From: an uncultured bacterium | GTDB lineage: Bacteria; Zixibacteria; MSB-5A5; UBA10806 | Length of the DNA stretch: 64,000 bases | Reading direction: 5' to 3' | Assembly (NCBI GenBank): GCA_965541585.1 | Contig: CBEUCH010000017.1 | Location: forward strand, 5,922 to 69,921 | Part shown: positions 37,148 to 45,081 of the stretch, piece after piece | Numbering within the stretch: the first letter of the stretch is position 1 | How the letters are laid out: each line of letters begins with the position of its first letter | Made by a program: the position numbers and the translations under genes | The notes under the pieces: model-generated | Told to the model about the DNA's origin: nothing | Databases searched by the model: none | Seen by the model: the letters and a program-made list of their open reading frames with translations, nothing else

Positions 37148-37334
37148 CCTAAAACATCTCCCCTAACCTGGCGGCTATAGTCTCCAGGAGCTTCTCATCG
37201 CCGTCGCTGAAGGCGTTCAACTTATCAGAATCAATATCGATCTCTCCCTTGACCTGATCTCCAATCATAATCGGGACTACTATCTCAGATTTAGTTTCAA
37301 TGGAGCATGCCAGATACCTGGGATCGGTGCTGAC
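37148..37334 (-). repeat. direct repeat copy B (3' end of the intact GAF gene)
   Basis: Partner of 32524-32710. There are 7 substitutions: 5 are synonymous in the GAF frame and 2 fall in one codon (Ser/Thr). Confidence 0.9.
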
Positions 37335-37631
37335 ATCCGGGATAACAATAGTTCTTTTGGCGCGGGCGGCGGCCCCGCAAATGCCCTCATTAACCGGAAT
37401 TTCGCCATGCTGAGACGGTTTTCCCCTGTAAGGCCCTAATCTTAAAACATCGTCGTCATCCAGTATATAAATCCCCACCCAGTTATAATGGGGGACGCTG
37501 GCGTATAAGAGCCCGACAACCGCCTCCATTGCCGATTGGCTATTCGATGCCGTCTTGATAAAATCATCGGCGACCATTGCTATCCTGGATTTGGAGATAT
37601 CTTCTAAAAACTCATCGGTCATCGTTTCCAT
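37149..37631 (-). CDS. GAF-domain protein of the free-methionine-(R)-sulfoxide reductase (YebR/fRMsr) family
   Basis: 160 aa; 'YNWVGIYIL...LRLGPYRGKP...GICGAAARAKRTIVIPDVSTDPRYLACSIETKSEIVVPI..GEIDIDS' matches the small stand-alone GAF family. Two of the three Cys positions I recall for fRMsr are present. Confidence 0.8.
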   Translation of the reverse strand: METMTDEFLEDISKSRIAMVADDFIKTASNSQSAMEAVVGLLYASVPHYNWVGIYILDDDDVLRLGPYRGKPSQHGEIPVNEGICGAAARAKRTIVIPDVSTDPRYLACSIETKSEIVVPIMIGDQVKGEIDIDSDKLNAFSDGDEKLLETIAARLGEMF

Positions 37632-38626
37632 TCCTTGACAGCGTTGCTGAGTGCAAACAGGTTCTCATCCGGGGTATTTACCTTTACCGCGCACCCCGGG
37701 CCAATCATCAACCTCCCCGGCGGGGAGTCGCGAAAAGAATTCTCGATCTGACTTCTTATCTGGTCTTCCGAACCGTTTATCAGTACGCCGTTCTGATCGA
37801 TTCCTGTGAGAAATATCTTATCGGTGATCTGGGCCGCCTGGTGGATCGATAAATTTCCGGCCTCGAAGGGATTCCAGCTTAGAACCGGGACGGGATAATC
37901 CCTGAAAAGCGGTAACATATTGTTGGCTTTACAGACGTGGACAACATTGAATATGCCACTGCCGGCCGCCTGAAGTACCCGCAGGTCATAGGGACGTCCG
38001 AATTCGAGATATTGCTCCTCTGTTATACGATCGCGGCTGGCCCATTCGGTAGTCGCAAAGAAAATCCCCGCCATACCTATCTGCATGAATTCCCCGACAT
38101 AACCGCTGAAAGTAGCAGTAATCGATTCCAGGGTCTTATGAAGATCGTCAGGCGCCTCGTGCATCATCTCTATGAAACGTCCCTCATCCTTTATCAAGTC
38201 CCCGGCAATTGATAACGGTGAAAAGATTGTGGGAAGACAGAACACCTCCGATCCTGTTTGAGCCAGTATCTCTTTCCCGGCGTTCAGGGTCTCGCCCAGG
38301 GCTCCTGATCTCCAATCAAGCGGTTTTATTTTCTCCCAATCCGATTTTTCAGCAACCGGATAGATTTCGGGCGATGGTTTCACCATAGAATCATTCGAAT
38401 ATCGGAACCTCATCCCCCAGTCTTCGACATGGTATGATGCCCGCGAATTGATCTTGATAAAATCCCAATCATACTTCCTCTGAAAACCGATCATCGATTT
38501 AACCAGATCCGGTTTTGTATTCTCCTTATCGAAGAAATGTCTCCATGCGGAAACAACGGGGCGGTCTACCTCCCGCCCCTCAAGGACTCTCTTGACACGT
38601 TCCTTATGTGTTAATTGCTCTCTCAT
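37619..38626 (-). CDS. uroporphyrinogen-decarboxylase-family (MtaA/CmuA-like) methyltransferase
   Basis: 335 aa; the N-terminal 'THKERVKRVLEGREVDRPVVSAW' is typical of the UROD/MtaA fold. Candidate Zn ligands are 'VHVC' and 'GPGC'. The stop overlaps the GAF start by 13 nt. Confidence 0.8.
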   Translation of the reverse strand: MREQLTHKERVKRVLEGREVDRPVVSAWRHFFDKENTKPDLVKSMIGFQRKYDWDFIKINSRASYHVEDWGMRFRYSNDSMVKPSPEIYPVAEKSDWEKIKPLDWRSGALGETLNAGKEILAQTGSEVFCLPTIFSPLSIAGDLIKDEGRFIEMMHEAPDDLHKTLESITATFSGYVGEFMQIGMAGIFFATTEWASRDRITEEQYLEFGRPYDLRVLQAAGSGIFNVVHVCKANNMLPLFRDYPVPVLSWNPFEAGNLSIHQAAQITDKIFLTGIDQNGVLINGSEDQIRSQIENSFRDSPPGRLMIGPGCAVKVNTPDENLFALSNAVKEWKR

Positions 38627-38696
38627 GTTTTATCCGATTGCCTGCCCGATCTTAAACTGACCCGATATTCCCTATCATTACATTCAACCGACGGTC

Positions 38697-38725
38697 ATAT
38701 AATGCAATCAGACTTTTCCTGTCAA
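38697..38725 (-). promoter_or_regulatory. sigma-70-type promoter for the UROD-like/GAF pair
   Basis: Minus strand: TTGACA (38725-38720), 17 nt, TTATAT (38702-38697), about 70 nt upstream of the ATG. Confidence 0.5.
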
Positions 38726-38781
38726 TAGCGACCTGCAAGTTAGATATTCCACGTTTCAGGGGAGTCGGCAGAATTTCATGC

Positions 38782-40620
38782 TTATCCACTCTTCAGACTC
38801 TCGACTATCCTGACGCTGGTTTCATAACGACCAAATGAAGGCATCAGATATATGCCGGCGACCAGGTCTCTGACTTCATCTATGAACATTACTGCAATCT
38901 CCTCCCCCACATTTGCTGACTTCTCGCCGGCCTTTTCCATAGTTTGTCTTATATCCTCCGGTATGTCGATTCCGGGAACCTCGTTGTGTAAGAACTGCGC
39001 ATGCTTGAAACTTACCAGAGGCAACACTCCCAGCATAATGGGAACACCCGATATATTCAGTTTATCCAGAAACCGACGGAGTAAGTCGCTTTCATATAGC
39101 GGTTGGGTCATGATATACTGGCCACCCGCATCAAGTTTTTCTCGCAGGCGCGATACCTCTGCATCGAGATCCGGGTTTGCCGGATTGGCGGCCACGCCGA
39201 TCGAAAACTCCGTCGGTTTTCCAATAGAATTGCCGGCAAAATCATTACCAGAATTCAGCCTGGCAATGATTTTCACAAGACCGATAGAATCAACGTCATA
39301 AACGGCGGTGGCCTGAGGATAATCGCCTATGGATGGCGGGTCGCCGGTAAGAGCCAATATATTCCGAATGCCTATGGCGTTGGCCCCGATCAAATCGGAT
39401 TGCAGACCCATCAGATTCCTGTCTCGCGTGGTGAAATGAAGGATAATATCGATATCCACCGACGATGAGATCAGGTACGCGAGAGCCAGACAGCTCATTC
39501 TAACCCTGGCCATGGGAGAATCGGCTATATTGACGGCGTCGGCGCCGGCGTCCTTTAGTTTTAGAGCCGCTTCGAGCATCTTGGCGGGATTGGTGCCCTT
39601 GGGAGGGTCTATTTCCACCGATATAGCAAATTGTCTTTTCAATGTTTCGAAAAACCTGGTGGAAGAACCGCGGCCAGGCTTGACCGCAGGTAATCGATCG
39701 AGCTCTTTTACTTTCACCGTGGGCGTCCGCTTTTCCACGGTCGAATCCTTCACGGCCTTGGATAATGCGGCTATATGTTCCGGCGTTGTGCCGCAGCAGC
39801 CACCGACTATACAGGCACCGGCTTTCACGAAGGCTCTGGCAAAATCGCCAAAATAATCCGGGGATGATAGATAAACGAATCTTCCGCCAAAATACCTCGG
39901 CAGACCGGCATTGGGCTGGGCTGAAATATAGGGCACCCCGAGTTCTGAAAGCTGCTCAACGGCCTCCAGCATTTTCTGTGGCCCGACAGAGCAATTGGTG
40001 CCCATCACGTCTACATCGAGCGGCAAAAGACGAGCGGCCATCTCCGCCGGAGTAGTGCCAAAATAGGTGGTACCCTCGGTGGTAAAAGTCATCTGGGCGA
40101 CAATAGGCAGGTCTGCAACGGACCTGACGGCGGAAACTGCAGCCACTATTTCGTCGATGCTGGAAATTGTCTCGATCATGAAGAGGTCGACACCACCTTC
40201 GAGTAAGGCCTCCGCCTGTTCTACGAACGCTTCTCTGGCTTCCTCGACCTTGATTTTACCCAGCGGCTCGATCGGTTTTCCCAACGGACCTATTGAACCG
40301 GCGACCAGCACATCGATGCCGCTAATTTCTCTTGCTTCGCGAGCGATCTTAGCTCCCTTTAAGCTTATCTCTCTGACAAGATGCTCCAATCCATGGCTGG
40401 CAAGTCTGAAACGATTGCCACCGAATGTGTTCGTCTCTATAATCTCTGCACCGGCACTTATATATTCGCGATGAACTTCCTCCACCAAGTCCGGCCGTGA
40501 AACGCAGAGCTCATCAAGACAGCGATCGTATGAGATCCCTCTTTGATTGAGATAGGTTCCCATGGCGCCGTCGCAAACCAATACTCCCGCGTCCAGCCGC
40601 TTTTTGAGATCGATTCTCAT
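38782..40620 (-). CDS. bifunctional homocysteine S-methyltransferase / methylenetetrahydrofolate reductase (YitJ-like)
   Basis: 612 aa. The N-terminal Hcy-binding domain has 'LVCDGAMGTYL' and 'GGCCGTTPEHI'; the C-terminal MTHFR barrel has 'FAISVEIDPPKG' and 'TTRDRN'. Same architecture and length as I recall for B. subtilis YitJ. Confidence 0.9.
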   Translation of the reverse strand: MRIDLKKRLDAGVLVCDGAMGTYLNQRGISYDRCLDELCVSRPDLVEEVHREYISAGAEIIETNTFGGNRFRLASHGLEHLVREISLKGAKIAREAREISGIDVLVAGSIGPLGKPIEPLGKIKVEEAREAFVEQAEALLEGGVDLFMIETISSIDEIVAAVSAVRSVADLPIVAQMTFTTEGTTYFGTTPAEMAARLLPLDVDVMGTNCSVGPQKMLEAVEQLSELGVPYISAQPNAGLPRYFGGRFVYLSSPDYFGDFARAFVKAGACIVGGCCGTTPEHIAALSKAVKDSTVEKRTPTVKVKELDRLPAVKPGRGSSTRFFETLKRQFAISVEIDPPKGTNPAKMLEAALKLKDAGADAVNIADSPMARVRMSCLALAYLISSSVDIDIILHFTTRDRNLMGLQSDLIGANAIGIRNILALTGDPPSIGDYPQATAVYDVDSIGLVKIIARLNSGNDFAGNSIGKPTEFSIGVAANPANPDLDAEVSRLREKLDAGGQYIMTQPLYESDLLRRFLDKLNISGVPIMLGVLPLVSFKHAQFLHNEVPGIDIPEDIRQTMEKAGEKSANVGEEIAVMFIDEVRDLVAGIYLMPSFGRYETSVRIVESLKSG

Positions 40621-40629
40621 CTGCAGTGG

Positions 40630-40658
40630 ATTTTAGCTGAAAATCAATATTCTGTCAA
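40630..40658 (-). promoter_or_regulatory. consensus sigma-70 promoter abutting the yitJ-like start codon
   Basis: Minus strand: TTGACA (40658-40653), 17 nt, TAAAAT (40635-40630), then only 9 nt (CCACTGCAG) before ATG 40620. There is no SD. Confidence 0.55.
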
Positions 40659-40859
40659 CAATGGTCAGGTTCCCGGGTAGCTTTTGTCTGAGGATCTGGC
40701 TCTTTGGTCGTACAGGGCCCGAACACCCGTTCTGTAACGGTGATCCATCGTGAGGGCCCTATGGCAGCTCCCATTGCCGCCCTGGGGTCCCGACGCATAT
40801 CCGGAACAGGACTTGGATTGATGATGTATGAGAATTAATTAATAAAAGAAGAGTTCTGA

Positions 40860-41333
40860 TCAATTGCCCAGGGTTTCAAGGATACCGAGAATGCTATTAT
40901 TTTCCCCGGTCGAGCCGGGGAAATAGCTTTCCCTGGTAGGAACGCGCCAGTTGACAGGCGATTTGGTGTTGTTGCAGAGGAAGTATTTGACGGTTCTCTT
41001 AAGTCTCTCGGAGAAAGCCAGGGCGCCTTCTCTGGGAGTTTCAATAAGTAGAATTGCCATCTTCCCTGAACCGTCATTTGAAAGAAGGTCCGTTTCCCTG
41101 ATTGATTTTTTCACCAGATCACCGAGACCGAAATGAAATTGATCGAGATCGGAGAAATTCTCGATCTCGCCGTAAGAATTGATATGGGAAATGTCCAGAA
41201 GGACTAACGAAATAAACGTGGGGTATCTTTTCGCCCGCCTTATCTCTTCGGTCGCCCGGGCTTTGAAAATCTCCAGATTATTGTACATCGATTCGAGATC
41301 CGGTGAATTTGCATTTGTTGTCATTTTATCCAT
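40860..41333 (-). CDS. degenerate GGDEF-domain protein
   Basis: 157 aa; 'RRAKRYPTFISLVLLDISHINSYGEI...GDLVKKSIRETDLLSNDGSGKMAILLIETP..A' follows the GGDEF fold pattern, but the active-site GG[DE]EF is replaced by GSGKM. Confidence 0.7.
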   Translation of the reverse strand: MDKMTTNANSPDLESMYNNLEIFKARATEEIRRAKRYPTFISLVLLDISHINSYGEIENFSDLDQFHFGLGDLVKKSIRETDLLSNDGSGKMAILLIETPREGALAFSERLKRTVKYFLCNNTKSPVNWRVPTRESYFPGSTGENNSILGILETLGN

Positions 41334-41513
41334 CCGACAGGCTTCGGCACCTCATCTATTTCGAGGCTGTCGAACCGGCTAATTTAATTCACTTATCGAA
41401 TAGCAAAATGAATGCCGCTATCGGAAGAGGAGCAGGAGGCGATCATTGACGTGGAGAGCCAGCCCTATTTTATTATATACGAATAAGTTACACTCAAATT
41501 CATTCTCGTCTGC

Positions 41514-41549
41514 ATAGAAGAAACCGGGCCAGTCAAGCCAGCCCGGCTT
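41514..41549 (-). terminator. terminator after the two-component operon
   Basis: Minus strand AGCCGGGC-N11-GCCCGGTT followed by TTTCTTCT, about 40 nt after the regulator stop. Confidence 0.5.
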
Positions 41550-41586
41550 TTGCATTTTGCAAAAACTTTCACATATAGTGCATGGT

Positions 41587-42978
41587 CTAATCTATGATTT
41601 TATAGTCTTTTATTTTATAAAGGAGCGACCGATAACTAATATCGAGCAATTTGGACGCCTTCCGCCTATTCCAGTTCGTTTTGTGTAAGACTTTGGTAAT
41701 CAATAGCTTCTCAACTTCGCCCACTACATCATGAACCTTCTTCTTTAGCGAGAAATCACCATCAGATATATCTACGATGGCATTTTTCATTCCGGCGCCA
41801 GGGATCGGGCCTTTCAGGGTATCATAAATTATATTTTCGTCGGATCTGACGACTATCTGCTTCATCAAATTCTCAAGTTGGCGAACGTTTCCGGGCCAAT
41901 CGTAATTCTGCAGTTGCCTGATTGTCTCGGATTTCAGTTCCCGCCGCTTCTTGCCGTACAATATCGAGTATTTTTCGAGGAAATGGTCAACGAGAAGAGG
42001 AATGTCGATACGCCTGCTGCTGAGTGGAGGCAAATTAACTGTGATTTCATTCAGCCTGTAGAACAGATCGTCCCTCATATTCCCATCAGCAATAGCCTGT
42101 TCGAGGTCTCTGTTTGTGGCACAGACAATCCTGACATCGACGTGAATATTATTAATGCCGCCGACCCTTACGAATTCCTGCTGTTCCAAGACCTGCAGCA
42201 GTTTCGACTGTAGCTCCAGAGGCATATCACCGATCTCATCCAGGAACATGGTTCCCTTATCCGCAATTTCGAATCTCCCCGGCTTCGTCTTGTGAGCTCC
42301 GGTAAAGGCGCCTTTTTCATACCCGAACAATTCGGCCTCGAGGAGATCCCGAGGAATAGCGGCGCAGTTTACTTTCACAAAAGGCTCTTTGCAGCGGCTG
42401 GATTTGGCATGAATCATTCTGGCGACTATCTCCTTGCCGGTACCGGAAACACCCCTTATCAATACGGTCAACTCAGAATCGGCAATTTCTTCGACCATGT
42501 TTTTAACATCGACCATGGAGGCTGAGTCTCCGATGAGAGTTCCCTGTTCGCTTTTTCTGAGCTTTTCCTGAAGTGCGACAAGCTCCTCTTTCAGCTTTCT
42601 TTTTTCGAGCACGGAGCGTATATGTATCTCGACCTCTCTAACGTCAAAGGGCTTATTTATGAACTCGGCAGCTCCTTTTTTCACCGAATCTACGATGTTT
42701 TTTGTGTCGCCATGGCCCGAAAGCATGATGACATCAACGCTGTCATCGATAGTCCTGATTTTTTCCAGAACCTCGATCCCGTTCATCCCCGGCATCTGTA
42801 TATCGAGAAGCACCAACTTGGGCCTCTGTCGTGGTGGTGTCTGGGAGATTTTGCTTATGCCCTCTTTCCCGTCGCGCGCGGAATCCACGGAGTATCCATT
42901 CCCGAGCCCCTCGGACAAGATCCAGGGAACCTTCGGATCATCGTCAATCACCAGAATATGTACAGCTTTTTCGCCCAT
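41587..42978 (-). CDS. sigma-54-dependent response regulator (NtrC family)
   Basis: 463 aa: REC ('ILVIDDDP..LVLLDIQMPGMNG'), AAA+ ('GVSGTGKE', 'GAFTGA', 'EAELFGYEKG') and a Fis-type HTH. Confidence 0.9.
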   Translation of the reverse strand: MGEKAVHILVIDDDPKVPWILSEGLGNGYSVDSARDGKEGISKISQTPPRQRPKLVLLDIQMPGMNGIEVLEKIRTIDDSVDVIMLSGHGDTKNIVDSVKKGAAEFINKPFDVREVEIHIRSVLEKRKLKEELVALQEKLRKSEQGTLIGDSASMVDVKNMVEEIADSELTVLIRGVSGTGKEIVARMIHAKSSRCKEPFVKVNCAAIPRDLLEAELFGYEKGAFTGAHKTKPGRFEIADKGTMFLDEIGDMPLELQSKLLQVLEQQEFVRVGGINNIHVDVRIVCATNRDLEQAIADGNMRDDLFYRLNEITVNLPPLSSRRIDIPLLVDHFLEKYSILYGKKRRELKSETIRQLQNYDWPGNVRQLENLMKQIVVRSDENIIYDTLKGPIPGAGMKNAIVDISDGDFSLKKKVHDVVGEVEKLLITKVLHKTNWNRRKASKLLDISYRSLLYKIKDYKIID

Positions 42979-42983
42979 AAAAT

Positions 42984-45080
42984 CTAAGCTCTCAAATCAA
43001 CCATGAAGGTCGTCCCTTCCCCGACTTTACTATTTACGGAAATCCGGCCGTTATGAACCAGTATAATCCTTTCGGCAATCGCCAGCCCGAGCCCGGTGCC
43101 GGTTTGTTTCGTCGTATAGTATCTGGCGAAGATCCTTCCCAAATCCTCCTCTGAGATGCCGACGCCAGTATCCTCAATCTTGATCCTCAGCCAATTTTGC
43201 CCATCTTCGGCAATTTCTTGCACATTTATAGTTAGGATTCCGCCTCTGTCCATGCTATCGACCGCGTTTTGGAGAATATTAATGAAAACCTGAAACATCT
43301 CCGGCTCATTTACCATAACGTCAAGCTCGCCGGGACCATAGTCTTTGATCAGGCGGATTCCTTTGCTCAGCAAATCGGCGCTCAGGAGTTTCAAGCTTTT
43401 ATCAAGCAATTTGCTTATGTGGAGTTTCCTGGTCTCGTATTTATTGGGATCGGAGAATTCCACCATCTCCTTCACCAGCTCGGAGAGCCGCTGGATTTCT
43501 ATTTCTGCCTCCGGAAAAAACTCACGGGCTTTCTCGCCTTTGATTTTCTCTTTGTATATCTGTGTGATGCCTTTGATATTCGTAAGCGGCTTTTTTAAAT
43601 CGTGGCCGATCTCGGCGATAAGGCGCCCCATGGTCACAAGCTGAGTGGCGTTCAATACGGCTTTCTGTCGCTGGTAGATGGCTGCTGTCTGAGTCAACGC
43701 CAGAACCGCCAACTCCCTTAGTGAATCGGTGAACCTGTAGTCCTGTGGAAAAACAAGCATCGCAACTCCGGCGAGAGCGCGCCTGATATAGATCGGCAGC
43801 GGTACTACCTTGACGTCGCGTCCGATGACCTTCCCGAAACTGTTAGACAGCTTCATCAAGATCTCCTGCATTAATTCCGGATCGGCCGCCTTGCCGATCG
43901 ATATTGTCTCGCTTTCGAGTTTCACCGCCGTTAAATGCCCGGGGATTGCGGTCTCAGGAAGCTCACCATGATAAAATTCCAGCAGTAGTTCTCCGCTCCT
44001 CTCGAGATAGTCATACCAGAAAATGGACTCCAGCCTGACGAGCTTTCGCATGCCCTCGAACGTAACCTCGCCAATCTTTTTAGGGTCGTCGAGCATGGAG
44101 ACCTTTTCCGCCAGGCCGTGAAGTACAGTCAAGTAGTCTATGGTCTCGGTCTTTTCCGCAATAAGATTGGCTCTATCTATGGCCACTGCAGCGGGCACCG
44201 CAAGGGCGTGCAGCAATCGGAGGTCATCCTCCGAGAATGGTTTTCCGCTTGTCTTATTATTCAAATTTATGACACCATAGAGTTCATCTTTATAAGTCAG
44301 GGGAACTGAAATGAGAGATTTCGATTCATATTTCTGCCGGTTTATCCGCGCAAACCTCGGGTCTTTTTCGATATCCTCGACTATTAGGGGACGACCGGTC
44401 TTGGCAACGTAACCTGAGATCGACGAGCCGAGCTTCATGCGGGTGGTTTGAACGACGCTGTCTTCGAGACCACATGATGCGCCGATATAGAGCTCGTTCT
44501 GGCCGGGGTCGAGGATCATTACCGACCCGAGCTTAGCTCCAATAACATCTATGGCCAGCGATAATATGGCTGTCAGGGCCTCCTTCAGATCCACGGTGGT
44601 GGCAAGGAGGTTGCCTGCGCTTGAAAGAGCGTCAAGCTGGACAAGTTTCATCTGCAATGTTTCATTGGCAACCTTTAACTCCGTCAGCAGACGCAGTCTT
44701 TCGAGTTCTGCCTCTCTTTTCTCAATACCCCTGGTCACAGCCAGCTTAAGTTCATCGAGTTCCAGAGGCTTGGTTAGGTATCCGAATGCTCCTTCACCGA
44801 CGGCATTCTTGGCCGTTTCCAACGAGGCGTATCCGGTTATAAGAATCACGCCCATATAGGGGTCTTTTTCCCGGGCCCGTCTCAATAGTTCAATACCATC
44901 ATATTGGGGCATTCTGATATCCGCAATTACAAGATCGAATTCCGATTTTTCCATAAGGTCTAAGGCTGCAGCGGAATCGTTCTCACCCACAACCTCGTAA
45001 CCTTCCATGGTCAGAAGCGTTTTCAGACTGTCCACCATGCGAGGTTCATTATCTACGATCAGTATCCTGCTTCTCGCCAT
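42984..45080 (-). CDS. hybrid sensor: REC-GAF-HisKA-HATPase histidine kinase
   Basis: 698 aa with an N-terminal receiver ('ILIVDNEP..LVIADIRMP'), a GAF region, the H-box 'IAEIGHDLKKPLTNI' and the G-box 'DTGVGISEED...TGTGLGLAI'. Confidence 0.9.
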   Translation of the reverse strand: MARSRILIVDNEPRMVDSLKTLLTMEGYEVVGENDSAAALDLMEKSEFDLVIADIRMPQYDGIELLRRAREKDPYMGVILITGYASLETAKNAVGEGAFGYLTKPLELDELKLAVTRGIEKREAELERLRLLTELKVANETLQMKLVQLDALSSAGNLLATTVDLKEALTAILSLAIDVIGAKLGSVMILDPGQNELYIGASCGLEDSVVQTTRMKLGSSISGYVAKTGRPLIVEDIEKDPRFARINRQKYESKSLISVPLTYKDELYGVINLNNKTSGKPFSEDDLRLLHALAVPAAVAIDRANLIAEKTETIDYLTVLHGLAEKVSMLDDPKKIGEVTFEGMRKLVRLESIFWYDYLERSGELLLEFYHGELPETAIPGHLTAVKLESETISIGKAADPELMQEILMKLSNSFGKVIGRDVKVVPLPIYIRRALAGVAMLVFPQDYRFTDSLRELAVLALTQTAAIYQRQKAVLNATQLVTMGRLIAEIGHDLKKPLTNIKGITQIYKEKIKGEKAREFFPEAEIEIQRLSELVKEMVEFSDPNKYETRKLHISKLLDKSLKLLSADLLSKGIRLIKDYGPGELDVMVNEPEMFQVFINILQNAVDSMDRGGILTINVQEIAEDGQNWLRIKIEDTGVGISEEDLGRIFARYYTTKQTGTGLGLAIAERIILVHNGRISVNSKVGEGTTFMVDLRA

Positions 45081-45081
45081 G

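Larger units (their letters stand above)
32524..37334. mobile_element. putative decayed integrated element bounded by 187-bp direct repeats
   Basis: Direct repeats at both ends, an integrase-like remnant, a by-eye AT-rich stretch at 33.3-33.9 kb and cargo genes. No intact recombinase is present. Confidence 0.45.

Noticed and set aside
32524-37334. A diversity-generating retroelement (TR/VR) explanation for the 187-bp repeat pair.
   Set aside because: There is no reverse transcriptase in the window, and the 7 differences are not adenine-specific: they include C/T, G/A, G/T, A/T and T/C.
40763-40779. Sigma-54-like sequences TGGCAGCTCCCATTGCC (plus strand) and, at about 46640, GGCCATGCATGTTGCC (minus strand).
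   Set aside because: The GG-to-GC spacing is one nucleotide too long in both, and sigma-54 promoters tolerate spacing changes poorly. No suitably oriented gene follows the first one.
40621-40860. An S-box (SAM-I), SAM-II, cobalamin, THF or TPP riboswitch upstream of the YitJ-like gene; also checked at 50994-51130 upstream of the MetE pair.
   Set aside because: Only short fragments resemble any core (for example CUCAGA..ACCC..GAACCUGA). No complete consensus could be built on either strand, and the best promoter lies downstream of the structured part.
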